Shown in pieces: positions 21,466 to 31,011 of a stretch of 64,000 bases of DNA. The translations under genes were made by a program, and so were the position numbers. Below the pieces are notes generated by a model. The model worked only from the letters and a program-made list of their open reading frames with translations. It had not been told where the DNA came from and searched no databases. Position 1 is the stretch's first letter; each line of letters opens with the position of its first letter. The DNA is from Patescibacteria group bacterium. GTDB taxonomy: Bacteria > Patescibacteriota > Patescibacteriia > JAHJFT01. Location of the stretch: the NCBI GenBank assembly GCA_028710985.1, contig JAQTTB010000001.1, forward strand, positions 523,014 through 587,013, given 5' to 3'.

Positions 21466-22338
21466 ATGGCAAACACAAATAGTTTTACCGAAGAAGAGCA
21501 GAAGCGCACGAAATTACTCGCCTTGAGCTATTGGTATGTCACGCACAAGGTCAAGCTGCGCCGCGTCGGGCTGGGCATCCTAATCGGCATGGCCGCAATT
21601 TTTTGGCTGTACGCTCTCTGGGGAGTGCTGGATCTTTTTGTAATATCATATTCAAGATATAAGGCCATGATGAATGACCTAACTTCAGGGCCGGCTTATT
21701 CGCAGGAATGGATTCGCGTCAACGCGCCGCGGCCGATCGATGCGGGTACGGCCCGGGTTTTCCCGAGCGGCGAAAAATTTGATTTTTTGGCTAAAATTAG
21801 CAATGAAAGCCCGATATTTTGGGCCGAATTCAACTATAAATTCACCTTCGCGGGCGGCGAAACCACCCGGCGCCACGGCTTTATCCTGCCGACCGAAGAA
21901 AAATGGCTGGCTGAATTGGCTTTTTCCGGCACGGCCCGACCCGAGAGCGCCAAGCTTGTTTTGGAAGACGTCGCTCGGCATCGACTAGATGCGCACGAGG
22001 TTCCGGATTATGGGGAATGGAAAAATGAACGCTTCAATTTCAAAATTACGGATATTGCGCAGGAATCCGCACTTTCGCTCGGAAAAGGTACGGTCATGAA
22101 AACAAAATTTACGGTGCAGAATCTCTCGGCATACGGATACCGGAGCGTGGGGTTTTACGTCATCGCTTACCGTGGCGCTACGCCGTCCGGAGTAAATTTT
22201 GTCGCATTGAGTGATTTTCGCTCCGGGGAAACCCGCGCGGTTGAAGTAAGCTGGTTTGACAGTTTGGCGCAGGTAAGTAAAATGGAGATTGCGCCCGAAG
22301 TCAATATTTTTGACGAGGGCAATTACCTGCCGCTCTAA
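21466..22338 (+). CDS. hypothetical membrane-anchored protein
   Basis: 290 aa. One TM helix near the N-terminus, then a soluble beta-rich domain. Abuts the FtsW/RodA gene (stop and start adjacent). Confidence 0.7.
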   Translation: MANTNSFTEEEQKRTKLLALSYWYVTHKVKLRRVGLGILIGMAAIFWLYALWGVLDLFVISYSRYKAMMNDLTSGPAYSQEWIRVNAPRPIDAGTARVFPSGEKFDFLAKISNESPIFWAEFNYKFTFAGGETTRRHGFILPTEEKWLAELAFSGTARPESAKLVLEDVARHRLDAHEVPDYGEWKNERFNFKITDIAQESALSLGKGTVMKTKFTVQNLSAYGYRSVGFYVIAYRGATPSGVNFVALSDFRSGETRAVEVSWFDSLAQVSKMEIAPEVNIFDEGNYLPL

Positions 22339-23430
22339 ATGTTTGTAAAACTAAAAAATTTCGACTGGATTTTGTTTGCTGCGGTTTTTTTATTGTGCTG
22401 TATCGGCCTCGCGGCTATTTATTCGGTGGCGCTCTCTCAGCAGGAACCGGATTTTTTTAATTTCAAAAAACAACTGGCCGTGCTCGCAGTCGGAGTAATT
22501 GTTATTTTTTTCATCGCCGCGTCCAATTATCGGTTGCTTCGGAATTACCGTCGGTTAATTTATATCGGCGGCCTCGCGCTGCTTGCCGGCGTATTGCTTT
22601 TTGGACAAACCATCCGCGGCACGACCGGCTGGTTCTCAATCGGCCCGCTCAATTTTCAGCCCGTTGAGCTCGCCAAGATTTGTCTCCTCGTGCTCATGGC
22701 GAGTTATTTGAGCGAGCGGAGCGGCATACATTTTGGTTTTAAACAGCTCGTTGCGGTTTCGGCGCTTGGCGGCGCGTATATTCTGCTTGTCATGGGCCAG
22801 CCGGACCTTGGTTCCGCCATGGTGCTTTTTTCACTGTGGTTCGGCCTGCTTTTTTTCGGCAATACCCGGAAAAGATTTATCGCCCTGATACTTGTCGCAA
22901 TTATCATGGTCAGTATCTTTGGATGGTTTTTTGGACTCCAGGATTTTCAGCGCGACCGCGTGCTTACTTTTTTGGACCCGGAGCGCGATCCACTCGGTCA
23001 GGGATATAACGTAACTCAGGCCGTAATTGCAATTGGCGCCGGCGGATTTTTTGGTCGCGGCCTGGGCTTCGGCTCGCAGTCCCAGCTGAAATTCCTGCCT
23101 GAAAGCCAGACTGATTTTATTTTCGCGGTCGTTGCCGAAGAGCTTGGACTCGTCGGGGTCGCTCTCATGATCGGTCTTTTTTCCATCGTACTCTGGCGTC
23201 TCTTTAAAATCTGTGCTAGGTCGGGCGATGATTTCAGCCTTTTTTTGGCGCTCGGCATCATTATTCTGCTCGCGACGCAGATCGGAGTGAACATCGCCAT
23301 GAATCTCGGCTGGTTCCCGGTCACCGGCATCACTCTGCCCTTCTTGAGCTACGGCGCCAGTTCGCTTCTTACTTTTCTCTTGATGATCGGCATTGCCGAA
23401 AGCATCGCGGTGCATGAGGCGCCGCGCTAA
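22339..23430 (+). CDS. SEDS-family peptidoglycan polymerase (FtsW/RodA)
   Basis: 363 aa, about 10 TM helices. Family motifs QPVELAK, QPDLGSAMV, GLGFGSQSQLKFLPE. Confidence 0.92.
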   Translation: MFVKLKNFDWILFAAVFLLCCIGLAAIYSVALSQQEPDFFNFKKQLAVLAVGVIVIFFIAASNYRLLRNYRRLIYIGGLALLAGVLLFGQTIRGTTGWFSIGPLNFQPVELAKICLLVLMASYLSERSGIHFGFKQLVAVSALGGAYILLVMGQPDLGSAMVLFSLWFGLLFFGNTRKRFIALILVAIIMVSIFGWFFGLQDFQRDRVLTFLDPERDPLGQGYNVTQAVIAIGAGGFFGRGLGFGSQSQLKFLPESQTDFIFAVVAEELGLVGVALMIGLFSIVLWRLFKICARSGDDFSLFLALGIIILLATQIGVNIAMNLGWFPVTGITLPFLSYGASSLLTFLLMIGIAESIAVHEAPR

Positions 23431-23468
23431 CCCTGTCGCAATCGTGCGCATTCTGCTATCATATACCT

Positions 23469-23804
23469 ATGTTTAATTTCAACAGCCAATTTTCCCTGCC
23501 GGAGAATCTGAAGATAATGGGCAATTGTCCGCTCTGCGGGAGCTCGACGCAAAAGCTTGAGGCGCGCGTTTTGCGCGAAACGACCGAGAATCAGCTCGTT
23601 CATCTTCATTGCGCCGCGTGCCTTGGATCCGTCATTGCGCTTTTTATGGCCTCCGGAGTCGGGGTTGCCTCGTACGGCCTGATTACGGACTTGAGCTACG
23701 ATGATGTACTTAAATTCCGCAATTCCGACGAGCTCACCCTGGACCATGTGATTCGCGCCCACGAAGAGGTTGATTCTCCGCAATTTTTGGCTAAGATTTC
23801 CTAA
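23469..23804 (+). CDS. hypothetical zinc-ribbon-like small protein
   Basis: 111 aa. CPLCGS ... HLHCAAC cysteine pairs followed by a hydrophobic segment. Confidence 0.6.
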   Translation: MFNFNSQFSLPENLKIMGNCPLCGSSTQKLEARVLRETTENQLVHLHCAACLGSVIALFMASGVGVASYGLITDLSYDDVLKFRNSDELTLDHVIRAHEEVDSPQFLAKIS

Positions 23805-23806
23805 TC

Positions 23807-23835
23807 TTGACAGCCGGAGCGGATTCTGGTTAAAT
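23807..23835 (+). promoter_or_regulatory. sigma70-like promoter of rplY
   Basis: TTGACA (23807..23812), 17-nt spacer, TTAAAT (23830..23835). Confidence 0.5.
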
Positions 23836-23865
23836 ATAGGCACATTTTAAATATTTTTAGAGAAT

Positions 23866-24594
23866 ATGACTGAACTCACTTTAAACGTTAATAAGCGCGC
23901 CGACGGTGCCGACAAGGCCAGGGCCCTGGTCCGCCAGAGTTTGGTTCCGGGCGTTGTCTACGGACACGGCATTGCGAACCAAAATATTGTTTTAGAAAAA
24001 AACGTGCTGGAAAAAATATATAAAGCGGCCGGCGAAGCAAAACTCATTGATCTTAAAATCGGCGATGATAAGCCGGTCAAGGTTTTGATACAGGATATTC
24101 AGAGAGAACCGGTGCATGATATGCCGATTCATGTTGATTTTCGCCAGGTGCGCATGGATGAAAAAATTATTGCCGACATGGTCATCAAATTCATCGGCGA
24201 GTCGGCGGCCGTCAAAGAACTCGGCGGCACGCTGGTTAAAAATTATTACACCCTGCAGGTTGAATGTATGCCGAGCGAGCTTTCCAATGAGATCGTTGTC
24301 GATATTTCAAATCTCAAAAATTTTGAGGACGTAATTCGGGTAAAGGATCTTGCAATACCGCCGTCAATCCATGTTTTGGATGAGCCGGAGCGCAGCATCG
24401 CGGTGGTTAAGCCGCCGATGACCGAAGCCGAGATTGCTGAACTTGAAAAAGCGCCGGCCGCCGGCGTTGATCAGGTTGAAGTTGCCGCCAAGGGCAAGGC
24501 CCCGGAAGAGGGTGAAGAAGGCGCCGAAGAAGCCGCTCCTGCGGCTGGTGCGAAACCCGAAAAAGAAGAGCCAAAAAAAGAGAAAAACAAATGA
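23866..24594 (+). CDS. rplY: 50S ribosomal protein L25/Ctc
   Basis: 242 aa. L25 N-domain plus Ctc domain and an Ala/Glu/Lys-rich tail. Promoter 23807..23835. Confidence 0.9.
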   Translation: MTELTLNVNKRADGADKARALVRQSLVPGVVYGHGIANQNIVLEKNVLEKIYKAAGEAKLIDLKIGDDKPVKVLIQDIQREPVHDMPIHVDFRQVRMDEKIIADMVIKFIGESAAVKELGGTLVKNYYTLQVECMPSELSNEIVVDISNLKNFEDVIRVKDLAIPPSIHVLDEPERSIAVVKPPMTEAEIAELEKAPAAGVDQVEVAAKGKAPEEGEEGAEEAAPAAGAKPEKEEPKKEKNK

Positions 24595-25691
24595 AAATCG
24601 CGATCCGTGAGTTAGCAAACAAAATTTTTAAACACGCCGAAGATTCGGGTGCGGAACGACGAAGAAAGTTACTTCTCGCCGCGCTTGCTCTCGGCGTTGT
24701 TTTAATTTGCGCCGCGTCAGTCGGGACATATCTCACGGTCGCTTCGCGCTATGCCACGCCCGCGGTTTCCGATGAGCCGTCCTCGGCAGTGGCTGCGGAT
24801 ACCGCGCCGAGAACAATTGACGGCGTGATGGCTGCGGCCGGCCGCACGAATCTTGTACCCATTGCCGCGATGATTGAAAACCACATTGAATCGCGGCCGC
24901 CGTCCGGCATCTCGCGCGCGAGCCTGGTATTCGAAGCCCCGGCCGAGGCGGGCATCACGCGGTTCTTGGCGATTTTTGACCAGGATTTTTCAAGCGATGA
25001 AGTCGGCCCGGTCCGTTCGGCGCGCGATTATTATCTTGACTGGGCGGCCGAGTTCGGTGCGCTGTACGCGCATTGCGGCGGCAGTCCGCTTGCTTTGCAG
25101 AAGATTCCGTCATATCCGATTTTTGACCTGAACGAATTTTACAACGGCCGTTTTTTCTGGCGCGATAACGAACGCACGGCGCCGCATAATGTTTATTCAA
25201 ATTCCGATTTGCTCCGCCAGGCGGTTGAGGCCAAAGAGATGGACGCGGTCGCGGCTTACGAATCATGGCGCTTTAAAGACGATCAGCCGTCCGCTGCGCC
25301 GTCAGCGAATGAAATTACAATTAATTTTTCCACGCCCGCATATCTCACGCGCTGGGTCTACGCGTCCGGTACCAATGAATATGTGAGATTCCACGGCGAA
25401 GTTCAGCATATAGAAAAAAACGGCGACGCCATTAAAGCCAAAAATATCGCCATTGTCGTCACCGAAGCCACGGTGATTGATTACGAGGGCCGTCTGAATC
25501 TCCGCACCCTCGGCAAGGGCAAGGCCTGGGTTTTCCGCGACGGCGGCGCGCTTGAGGCGACCTGGCAGAAAGACGATATTCAGGACCGCCTGCGCTTCTA
25601 TGATGTCACCGGCCGGGAGATTGAATTCAACCGCGGCGTGACGTGGGTGGAAGTGGCAACCGACGCCTCTAAAATAAAATACTCAAAATAA
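24591..25691 (+). CDS. DUF3048 domain protein
   Basis: 366 aa. N-terminal TM, then ENHIESRPPSGISRASLVFEAPAEAGITRFLAIF, typical of DUF3048. ATGA overlap with rplY. Confidence 0.8.
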   Translation: MKIAIRELANKIFKHAEDSGAERRRKLLLAALALGVVLICAASVGTYLTVASRYATPAVSDEPSSAVAADTAPRTIDGVMAAAGRTNLVPIAAMIENHIESRPPSGISRASLVFEAPAEAGITRFLAIFDQDFSSDEVGPVRSARDYYLDWAAEFGALYAHCGGSPLALQKIPSYPIFDLNEFYNGRFFWRDNERTAPHNVYSNSDLLRQAVEAKEMDAVAAYESWRFKDDQPSAAPSANEITINFSTPAYLTRWVYASGTNEYVRFHGEVQHIEKNGDAIKAKNIAIVVTEATVIDYEGRLNLRTLGKGKAWVFRDGGALEATWQKDDIQDRLRFYDVTGREIEFNRGVTWVEVATDASKIKYSK

Positions 25692-25697
25692 AAAAAT

Positions 25698-25733
25698 AAA
25701 TGTATGGGTCGCATATATGCGCCCCGTACATTT
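25698..25733. repeat. GCATATATGC-core hairpin, family member 2
   Basis: AAATGTATGGGTC GCATATATGC GCCCCGTACATTT, between the convergent DUF3048 gene and prmC. The right arm overlaps the prmC stop. Confidence 0.8.
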
Positions 25734-26583
25734 ATTTTCCCCACCCAATTACTCTCACCCGTCCGCACATATCGTCATACGGTTTAATCCGGTCGCGCGG
25801 GCCGATAAATTTGATTATTTTTTTGCCCTGCTCGGGATCAATTTCGAAATATGACTGCATGGAGTTGAGATTTGGCAAAATTTTCCGAATCTCGTTGATT
25901 AGCCGTCCGTAATATTTAAGTCCGTCTTTGCCGCCGTCAAGCGCGGCGCGCGGCTCGTATTTTTTCACATCCGCGGGGCACTCGCGCCACACCGCGGTCG
26001 GAAGATAGGGGAGATTGGCCACGATCAAAATATTGGGATTCTTTTTCCAGAATTCAATCGGCAAAGCCTTGAGCAAATCGGATTTTATAAAATCAATCTT
26101 TGCGCCAAGTTTTTTCGCGTTTTGTCGCGCGGTCTTAAGCGCGGCCGCCGAATTATCAATCGCAATGACTTTTACGCGCGGCTTGTTTTTGGCAATCGCA
26201 ATGGCAAGCGCGCCCGAGCCGGTACCTACATCGATTACGGCTGCGCGCGGATGTTTATTCAAATACTTCAACGCCAGGCTCACAAGCATTTCGCTTTCCG
26301 GCCGTGGAATAAGAACCTTTTTATTCACGCCGATCTTGAGTTTGTAAAAATATTTTATGCCCGTGAGATAGGCGACTGGCTCATGCCTGGTGCGGCGCCG
26401 AATTAACTTGGTAAATCGCGCCAGCTCCGGTGCTCGCAATTCTCTGTCCCGGTGCGCGAACAAAAAAACCCGGTCGCGTCCGAGCGCGTGCGCCAATAGA
26501 ATTTCGGCATCGAGATCTGGTGAATCAATATGATTCTGTTGTAAAATTTTCATTGCCCTGGAAAGGGCTTGGGTGATGGTCAT
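25732..26583 (-). CDS. prmC: release-factor glutamine N5-methyltransferase
   Basis: 283 aa. SAM-binding VIDVGTGSGA. The catalytic tetrapeptide reads NLPY rather than NPPY. Confidence 0.88.
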   Translation of the reverse strand: MTITQALSRAMKILQQNHIDSPDLDAEILLAHALGRDRVFLFAHRDRELRAPELARFTKLIRRRTRHEPVAYLTGIKYFYKLKIGVNKKVLIPRPESEMLVSLALKYLNKHPRAAVIDVGTGSGALAIAIAKNKPRVKVIAIDNSAAALKTARQNAKKLGAKIDFIKSDLLKALPIEFWKKNPNILIVANLPYLPTAVWRECPADVKKYEPRAALDGGKDGLKYYGRLINEIRKILPNLNSMQSYFEIDPEQGKKIIKFIGPRDRIKPYDDMCGRVRVIGWGK

Positions 26584-26616
26584 ATCGTTATCATATCATG
26601 TTTATTGCATCATTCG

Positions 26617-26644
26617 GTAGGGGCGTATTGCAATACGCCCCTAC
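26617..26644. repeat. 28-nt hairpin GTAGGGGCGTATTGCAATACGCCCCTAC (left flank of orphan gene)
   Basis: Perfect palindrome; partner copy at 27388..27415. Confidence 0.85.
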
Positions 26645-26658
26645 AAGACGACCGCGCA

Positions 26659-26687
26659 TTGACAACCCGGCGCGATTTTGGTACAAA
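26659..26687 (+). promoter_or_regulatory. sigma70-like promoter of orphan gene 26777..27388
   Basis: TTGACA (26659..26664), 17-nt spacer, TACAAA (26682..26687). Confidence 0.45.
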
Positions 26688-26776
26688 TCAATATCCCGCC
26701 GGAATATTTCCGGCCGGAAAACCATGGGTAAGGCTGGCGTCGCAATGCGGCGTTGGTAGGCCCAAGGAGGAAAGAG

Positions 26777-27388
26777 ATGTCCGAAAAGAAAATGATGAGT
26801 CCGAGGCAACTTCGCGAGCTCATGGCCGTGGTCAGCCGGCACCTGTCTATTCATCTGCCGGCCAAGGTGGCGCAGAGCGTGATCGACAAGCCCGGCGATT
26901 TGGAGTTTGAGCTCTGCGAGCTCTTCTGGCGCATCGCCGAAGCGAACGAGAAGGCAAGAAGGGCGGTGGAAGCGAAGCACATCATCGACTGCGACGCCGA
27001 CCCCTATCTGCTCGGCCTCTTCACCGTGGAAGAGCACCGGAGAAGCGGTCAGTTGGAGTGGGACCCGGACAAGGTCGTTCTTTACCTTTCCGATTTGCAG
27101 AGGGGTCGTAGTGTTGTCCAGGGCCACGCGCTCCGCAAGGAACTCCAAAATCAGTCGGTTCTGAACGCCTGCGTCCTGGATTACCTGCTCGTTCATCCAA
27201 ACCTCATTCCCATCATGTGGATGAGGATGCGGGTCTACTTCTGGGGTACGATTTATTGCGATCGAGAAGGTGACCTCTGCGTTCGCGGCCTCTTCTGGGA
27301 AGACGAAAAAGGGTGGTTCTGGCGCTACAAGCATCTTTCGCACGATTTCTACCGCGACGACACCGCGGCGGTTTCTGCAAGCGTCTAG
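26777..27388 (+). CDS. hypothetical protein (orphan, G+C-rich)
   Basis: 203 aa from ATG 26777, preceded by AAGGAGG. Promoter 26659..26687, terminator 27429..27463. Trp/Cys-rich C-terminus. Bracketed by near-identical 28-nt hairpins. Confidence 0.7.
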   Translation: MSEKKMMSPRQLRELMAVVSRHLSIHLPAKVAQSVIDKPGDLEFELCELFWRIAEANEKARRAVEAKHIIDCDADPYLLGLFTVEEHRRSGQLEWDPDKVVLYLSDLQRGRSVVQGHALRKELQNQSVLNACVLDYLLVHPNLIPIMWMRMRVYFWGTIYCDREGDLCVRGLFWEDEKGWFWRYKHLSHDFYRDDTAAVSASV

Positions 27389-27415
27389 TAGCGGCGCATT
27401 GCAATACGCTGCTAC
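27388..27415. repeat. 28-nt hairpin GTAGCGGCGCATTGCAATACGCTGCTAC (right flank of orphan gene)
   Basis: Same length and same TTGCAA centre as 26617..26644, with substitutions on both arms and one G-U pair. Overlaps the stop codon. Confidence 0.8.
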
Positions 27416-27428
27416 GCGCCGACCCCCT

Positions 27429-27463
27429 GACCCGTTTGCATTAAATTGCAACGGGTCTTTTTT
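27429..27463 (+). terminator. intrinsic terminator
   Basis: GACCCGTT...AACGGGTC followed by TTTTTT. Confidence 0.75.
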
Positions 27464-27475
27464 ATTTAAATGCGA

Positions 27476-27621
27476 GTAGGGGCGGACCCCTGCGTCCGCC
27501 CTGTTCGTCGGGCGTCCGCCCCTACCATTTGTCGTCACCAACAAACGGCCGGTCGTCGATTTTCACCGCGTAGGGGCGAACGGCCGTTCGCCCCTACCGT
27601 TGATCCGTAATACGCCCCTAC
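27476..27621. repeat. cluster of GTAGGGGC-type palindromic units
   Basis: Units at 27476..27525 and 27570..27597 plus a half unit to 27621. The second unit recurs at 28494..28521. Confidence 0.8.
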
Positions 27622-27888
27622 CGGCGCAACCCCAATTCATTCCATTTGATTTTAGGGGGAGGTATGATACAATAATATCAATTTAAAATTAAATTAAAAT
27701 TATGGACAAAATCAACCCATCCATGCCCGGCGAGGCAAAAAATATGTCCGCGGTCTGGATAATCGTCGCCATCGTAATCGTCGCCGTCGCGCTCGGCGGA
27801 TTAATGTATTATTTTCAAACCCTGTCGCAAGAAAAATTCGTTGCGCAGGAACAGGCGATTAATGATTTGCGCGAAGAACTTGGTCAGC
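27567..27888 (+). repeat. tandem duplication, copy 1 (hairpin units, promoter, 5' UTR and first ~60 codons)
   Basis: Aligns with 28491..28817, including GTAGGGGCGAACGGCCGTTCGCCCCTACCGTTGATCCG.AATACGCCCCTACCGGCGCAACCCCAATTCATTCCATTTGATTTTA. Confidence 0.85.
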
Positions 27889-28421
27889 CGACGGTCGTGG
27901 CTGAGGAAGGGGTGGAAGAGGAAGGTTCGGCCGAGGAAGAATATCTTACCTTTGAATCCGAACCAGTTTCTGTTTTACCCGAGATATTCTCGTTTGAATA
28001 TGCCAAAGGTTGGCATATTTATCATGAATATGATCATGGATGGGGCGAGGAAAAAGAAATTAGCAAAATATTAGTTTCGCCTGACCCGCTTCAGATTGCG
28101 CTTGACGCCGAATATTTACCTCAAGTTTATATTCTTGTCGATTTTGACTCCGTGGATACTCTTGATGAGTTCGTCGATCGGAAGTATGGAGATTCGGTGG
28201 AAACGAGTGAGGACGTAATAATTGCCAACTATCCCGGAAAAAAGATACACGTTGTAGATGACAAGATCAGCGGAGAAGATATTGAGGTTTATGCCTTCGT
28301 ATCCCCCAATGCCGCGTATTCTATTTATATTTATTATCCCGGCATAAAACAAGCAAGCATTGACCTCCCGGCAGAATATCAGCGCATCATTGATTCATTC
28401 AAGATTGAGTCAGGCAGTTAA
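27702..28421 (+). CDS. hypothetical membrane-anchored protein, paralog 1
   Basis: 239 aa. The N-terminal ~60 aa (TM plus QTLSQEKFVAQE) are nearly identical to the next gene. Acidic linker, then a divergent C-domain. Confidence 0.75.
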   Translation: MDKINPSMPGEAKNMSAVWIIVAIVIVAVALGGLMYYFQTLSQEKFVAQEQAINDLREELGQPTVVAEEGVEEEGSAEEEYLTFESEPVSVLPEIFSFEYAKGWHIYHEYDHGWGEEKEISKILVSPDPLQIALDAEYLPQVYILVDFDSVDTLDEFVDRKYGDSVETSEDVIIANYPGKKIHVVDDKISGEDIEVYAFVSPNAAYSIYIYYPGIKQASIDLPAEYQRIIDSFKIESGS

Positions 28422-28490
28422 TCGCACGATTCAAAAAAGGCCGCGCGTTTATTGCCGGCCTTTTTGAATATACGCGCAGGGGCGTATTGT

Positions 28491-28817
28491 CGCGTAGGGG
28501 CGAACGGCCGTTCGCCCCTACCGTTGATCCGCAATACGCCCCTACCGGCGCAACCCCAATTCATTCCATTTGATTTTATCCGGGGGGGGGGTGGTATAAT
28601 GCAATCAATAATTAAATCATTAAAATACATATGGACAAACTAAATGCATCCATGCCCGGCGTGGCAAAAAATATGTCCGCGGTCTGGATTATCGTCGCTA
28701 TCATCATCGTTGCCGCAATTCTCGGCGGAATGATGTATTATTTTCAAACCCTGTCGCAAGAAAAATTCGTTGCGCAGGAAGAGGCGATTGAGGCTCTACG
28801 CGCCGAGTTAAGCGAAC
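28491..28817 (+). repeat. tandem duplication, copy 2
   Basis: See 27567..27888. Carries a TGGTATAAT extended -10 before ATG 28631. Confidence 0.85.
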
Positions 28818-29233
28818 CGGCCGCTTCAACTGCGGTAGAAGAAGAGGAGGCGGTTGCGGGAGATCAGGCCAAAGTCGAAGCAATTGATGAGCTTCAATAT
28901 GAAAACGATTATTATGGATTCAGCCTGTCATTCCCAGAGACATGGAGGGGCTATTCCGTTTATCATGAAGCCAATTCAATACATTTTGGTTTCGCGGCGG
29001 AGAAAGATCTCATGGCGATAGAAGTGATGGATTTGGAGGATTGGAAGATAATGAAAAAAGAATTGGATCTTCCGGGCCATGAAGCCGATGCGCTCTATAG
29101 CGCAGCCTACAGGGGCGAGAATGATAATTTCGCATTCTTTGGATGGGCGGCCCAAGACACGGTAAACGATGAGTTTATTCTTTCCAGAAGGATGGAAGTA
29201 GGGTCAATAATTAAAACGTTTAAAGCGAAATAG
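28631..29233 (+). CDS. hypothetical membrane-anchored protein, paralog 2
   Basis: 200 aa. Same N-terminal module and same upstream region as 27702..28421. Confidence 0.75.
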   Translation: MDKLNASMPGVAKNMSAVWIIVAIIIVAAILGGMMYYFQTLSQEKFVAQEEAIEALRAELSEPAASTAVEEEEAVAGDQAKVEAIDELQYENDYYGFSLSFPETWRGYSVYHEANSIHFGFAAEKDLMAIEVMDLEDWKIMKKELDLPGHEADALYSAAYRGENDNFAFFGWAAQDTVNDEFILSRRMEVGSIIKTFKAK

Positions 29234-29239
29234 TTAAAT

Positions 29240-29288
29240 AAAAAATCGCCCCGACGTTCACTTCATTCAGTCGGGACGATTTTTATTT
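29240..29288. terminator. bidirectional terminator between convergent genes
   Basis: ATCGCCCCGAC...GTCGGGACGAT flanked by an A-run and a T-run. Confidence 0.7.
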
Positions 29289-29310
29289 TCTCAGTTCCCG
29301 ATTCACCGAT

Positions 29311-30381
<1,071 letters not shown>

Positions 30382-30401
30382 AAAAATAAATAATGGATAT
30401 C

Positions 30402-30544
30402 CGCTCGTCGTCATTCCGAGCGAAGCCCCGATCGCAATCGGGGCAAAGCCGAGGAATCCCTTTTCTTCAATCCAGCCAGTCTGATTAAAGAGATTCCTCC
30501 GCTCATCCCCCGCGTTGCGGGGGACTCGGTCGGAATGACGAGCG
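30402..30544. mobile_element. 143-bp TIR-bounded, highly structured MITE-like element
   Basis: Terminal inverted repeats CGCTCGTC(GTC)ATTCCGA / TCGGAATGACGAGCG. Internal hairpins GCCCCGAT-CGCA-ATCGGGGC, GAGGAATC...GATTCCTC and CCCCCGC-GT-TGCGGGGG. Confidence 0.6.
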
Positions 30545-30552
30545 TTGTATTT

Positions 30553-30575
30553 AAAAATCCCCGCGCGGGGATTTT
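30553..30575. terminator. terminator hairpin after rpmE
   Basis: AAAATCCCC-GCGC-GGGGATTTT. Confidence 0.7.
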
Positions 30576-30633
30576 GTGGGCGAGTGTAAGGGCGATTCAC
30601 GAATCGCCCAAAAACCGCCCGGCTGTAATTCAG

Positions 30634-30915
30634 CTATTTCTTGGCGGATTTTTTGGCAGTGGCGCGCTTGGCGCGTTTTGCTTTTTTGCCCTGTCGCGCG
30701 GCCGCGCTCGCGGTCTTTGCCTTAACCTTGGCCTGGAATTTTTCCACGCGGCGGGCGGTGTCCACGAGTTTCTGTTTGCCGGTATAAAAAGGATGGCACG
30801 CCGAACAAAGCTCAACATTGATTTCCGGCACGGTCGCGCCGGTTGTAAAGCTGTTGCCGCACGCGCAGGTCACGCGCGCATTCGGATAATAAGTTGGATG
30901 AATATCTTTTTTCAT
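30634..30915 (-). CDS. rpmE: 50S ribosomal protein L31
   Basis: 93 aa. [10 protein letters not shown] and a CxxG...[10 protein letters not shown] zinc motif, with a Lys/Ala-rich C-terminal extension. Confidence 0.93.
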   Translation of the reverse strand: MKKDIHPTYYPNARVTCACGNSFTTGATVPEINVELCSACHPFYTGKQKLVDTARRVEKFQAKVKAKTASAAARQGKKAKRAKRATAKKSAKK

Positions 30916-30965
30916 AACAGCTCAAGTTTAGCATAAGCTAAATAATCATGCAAGTCTGGGTTTAT

Positions 30966-30993
30966 AAAAAAAATCACCCCAAGAGACGGGGTG
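30966..30993 (-). terminator. intrinsic terminator of CDS 31012..31569
   Basis: Minus strand: CACCCC-loop-GGGGTG followed by an 8-nt T-run. Confidence 0.7.
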
Positions 30994-31011
30994 GAAAAGG
31001 CAGTTGATTGG

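Noticed and set aside
26591-27544. 317-aa minus-strand ORF
   Set aside because: It is antisense to a better-supported CDS that has an RBS, promoter and terminator. It is largely a translation of palindromic repeat units (GAYCNTPL / VAAYCNAPL type peptides).
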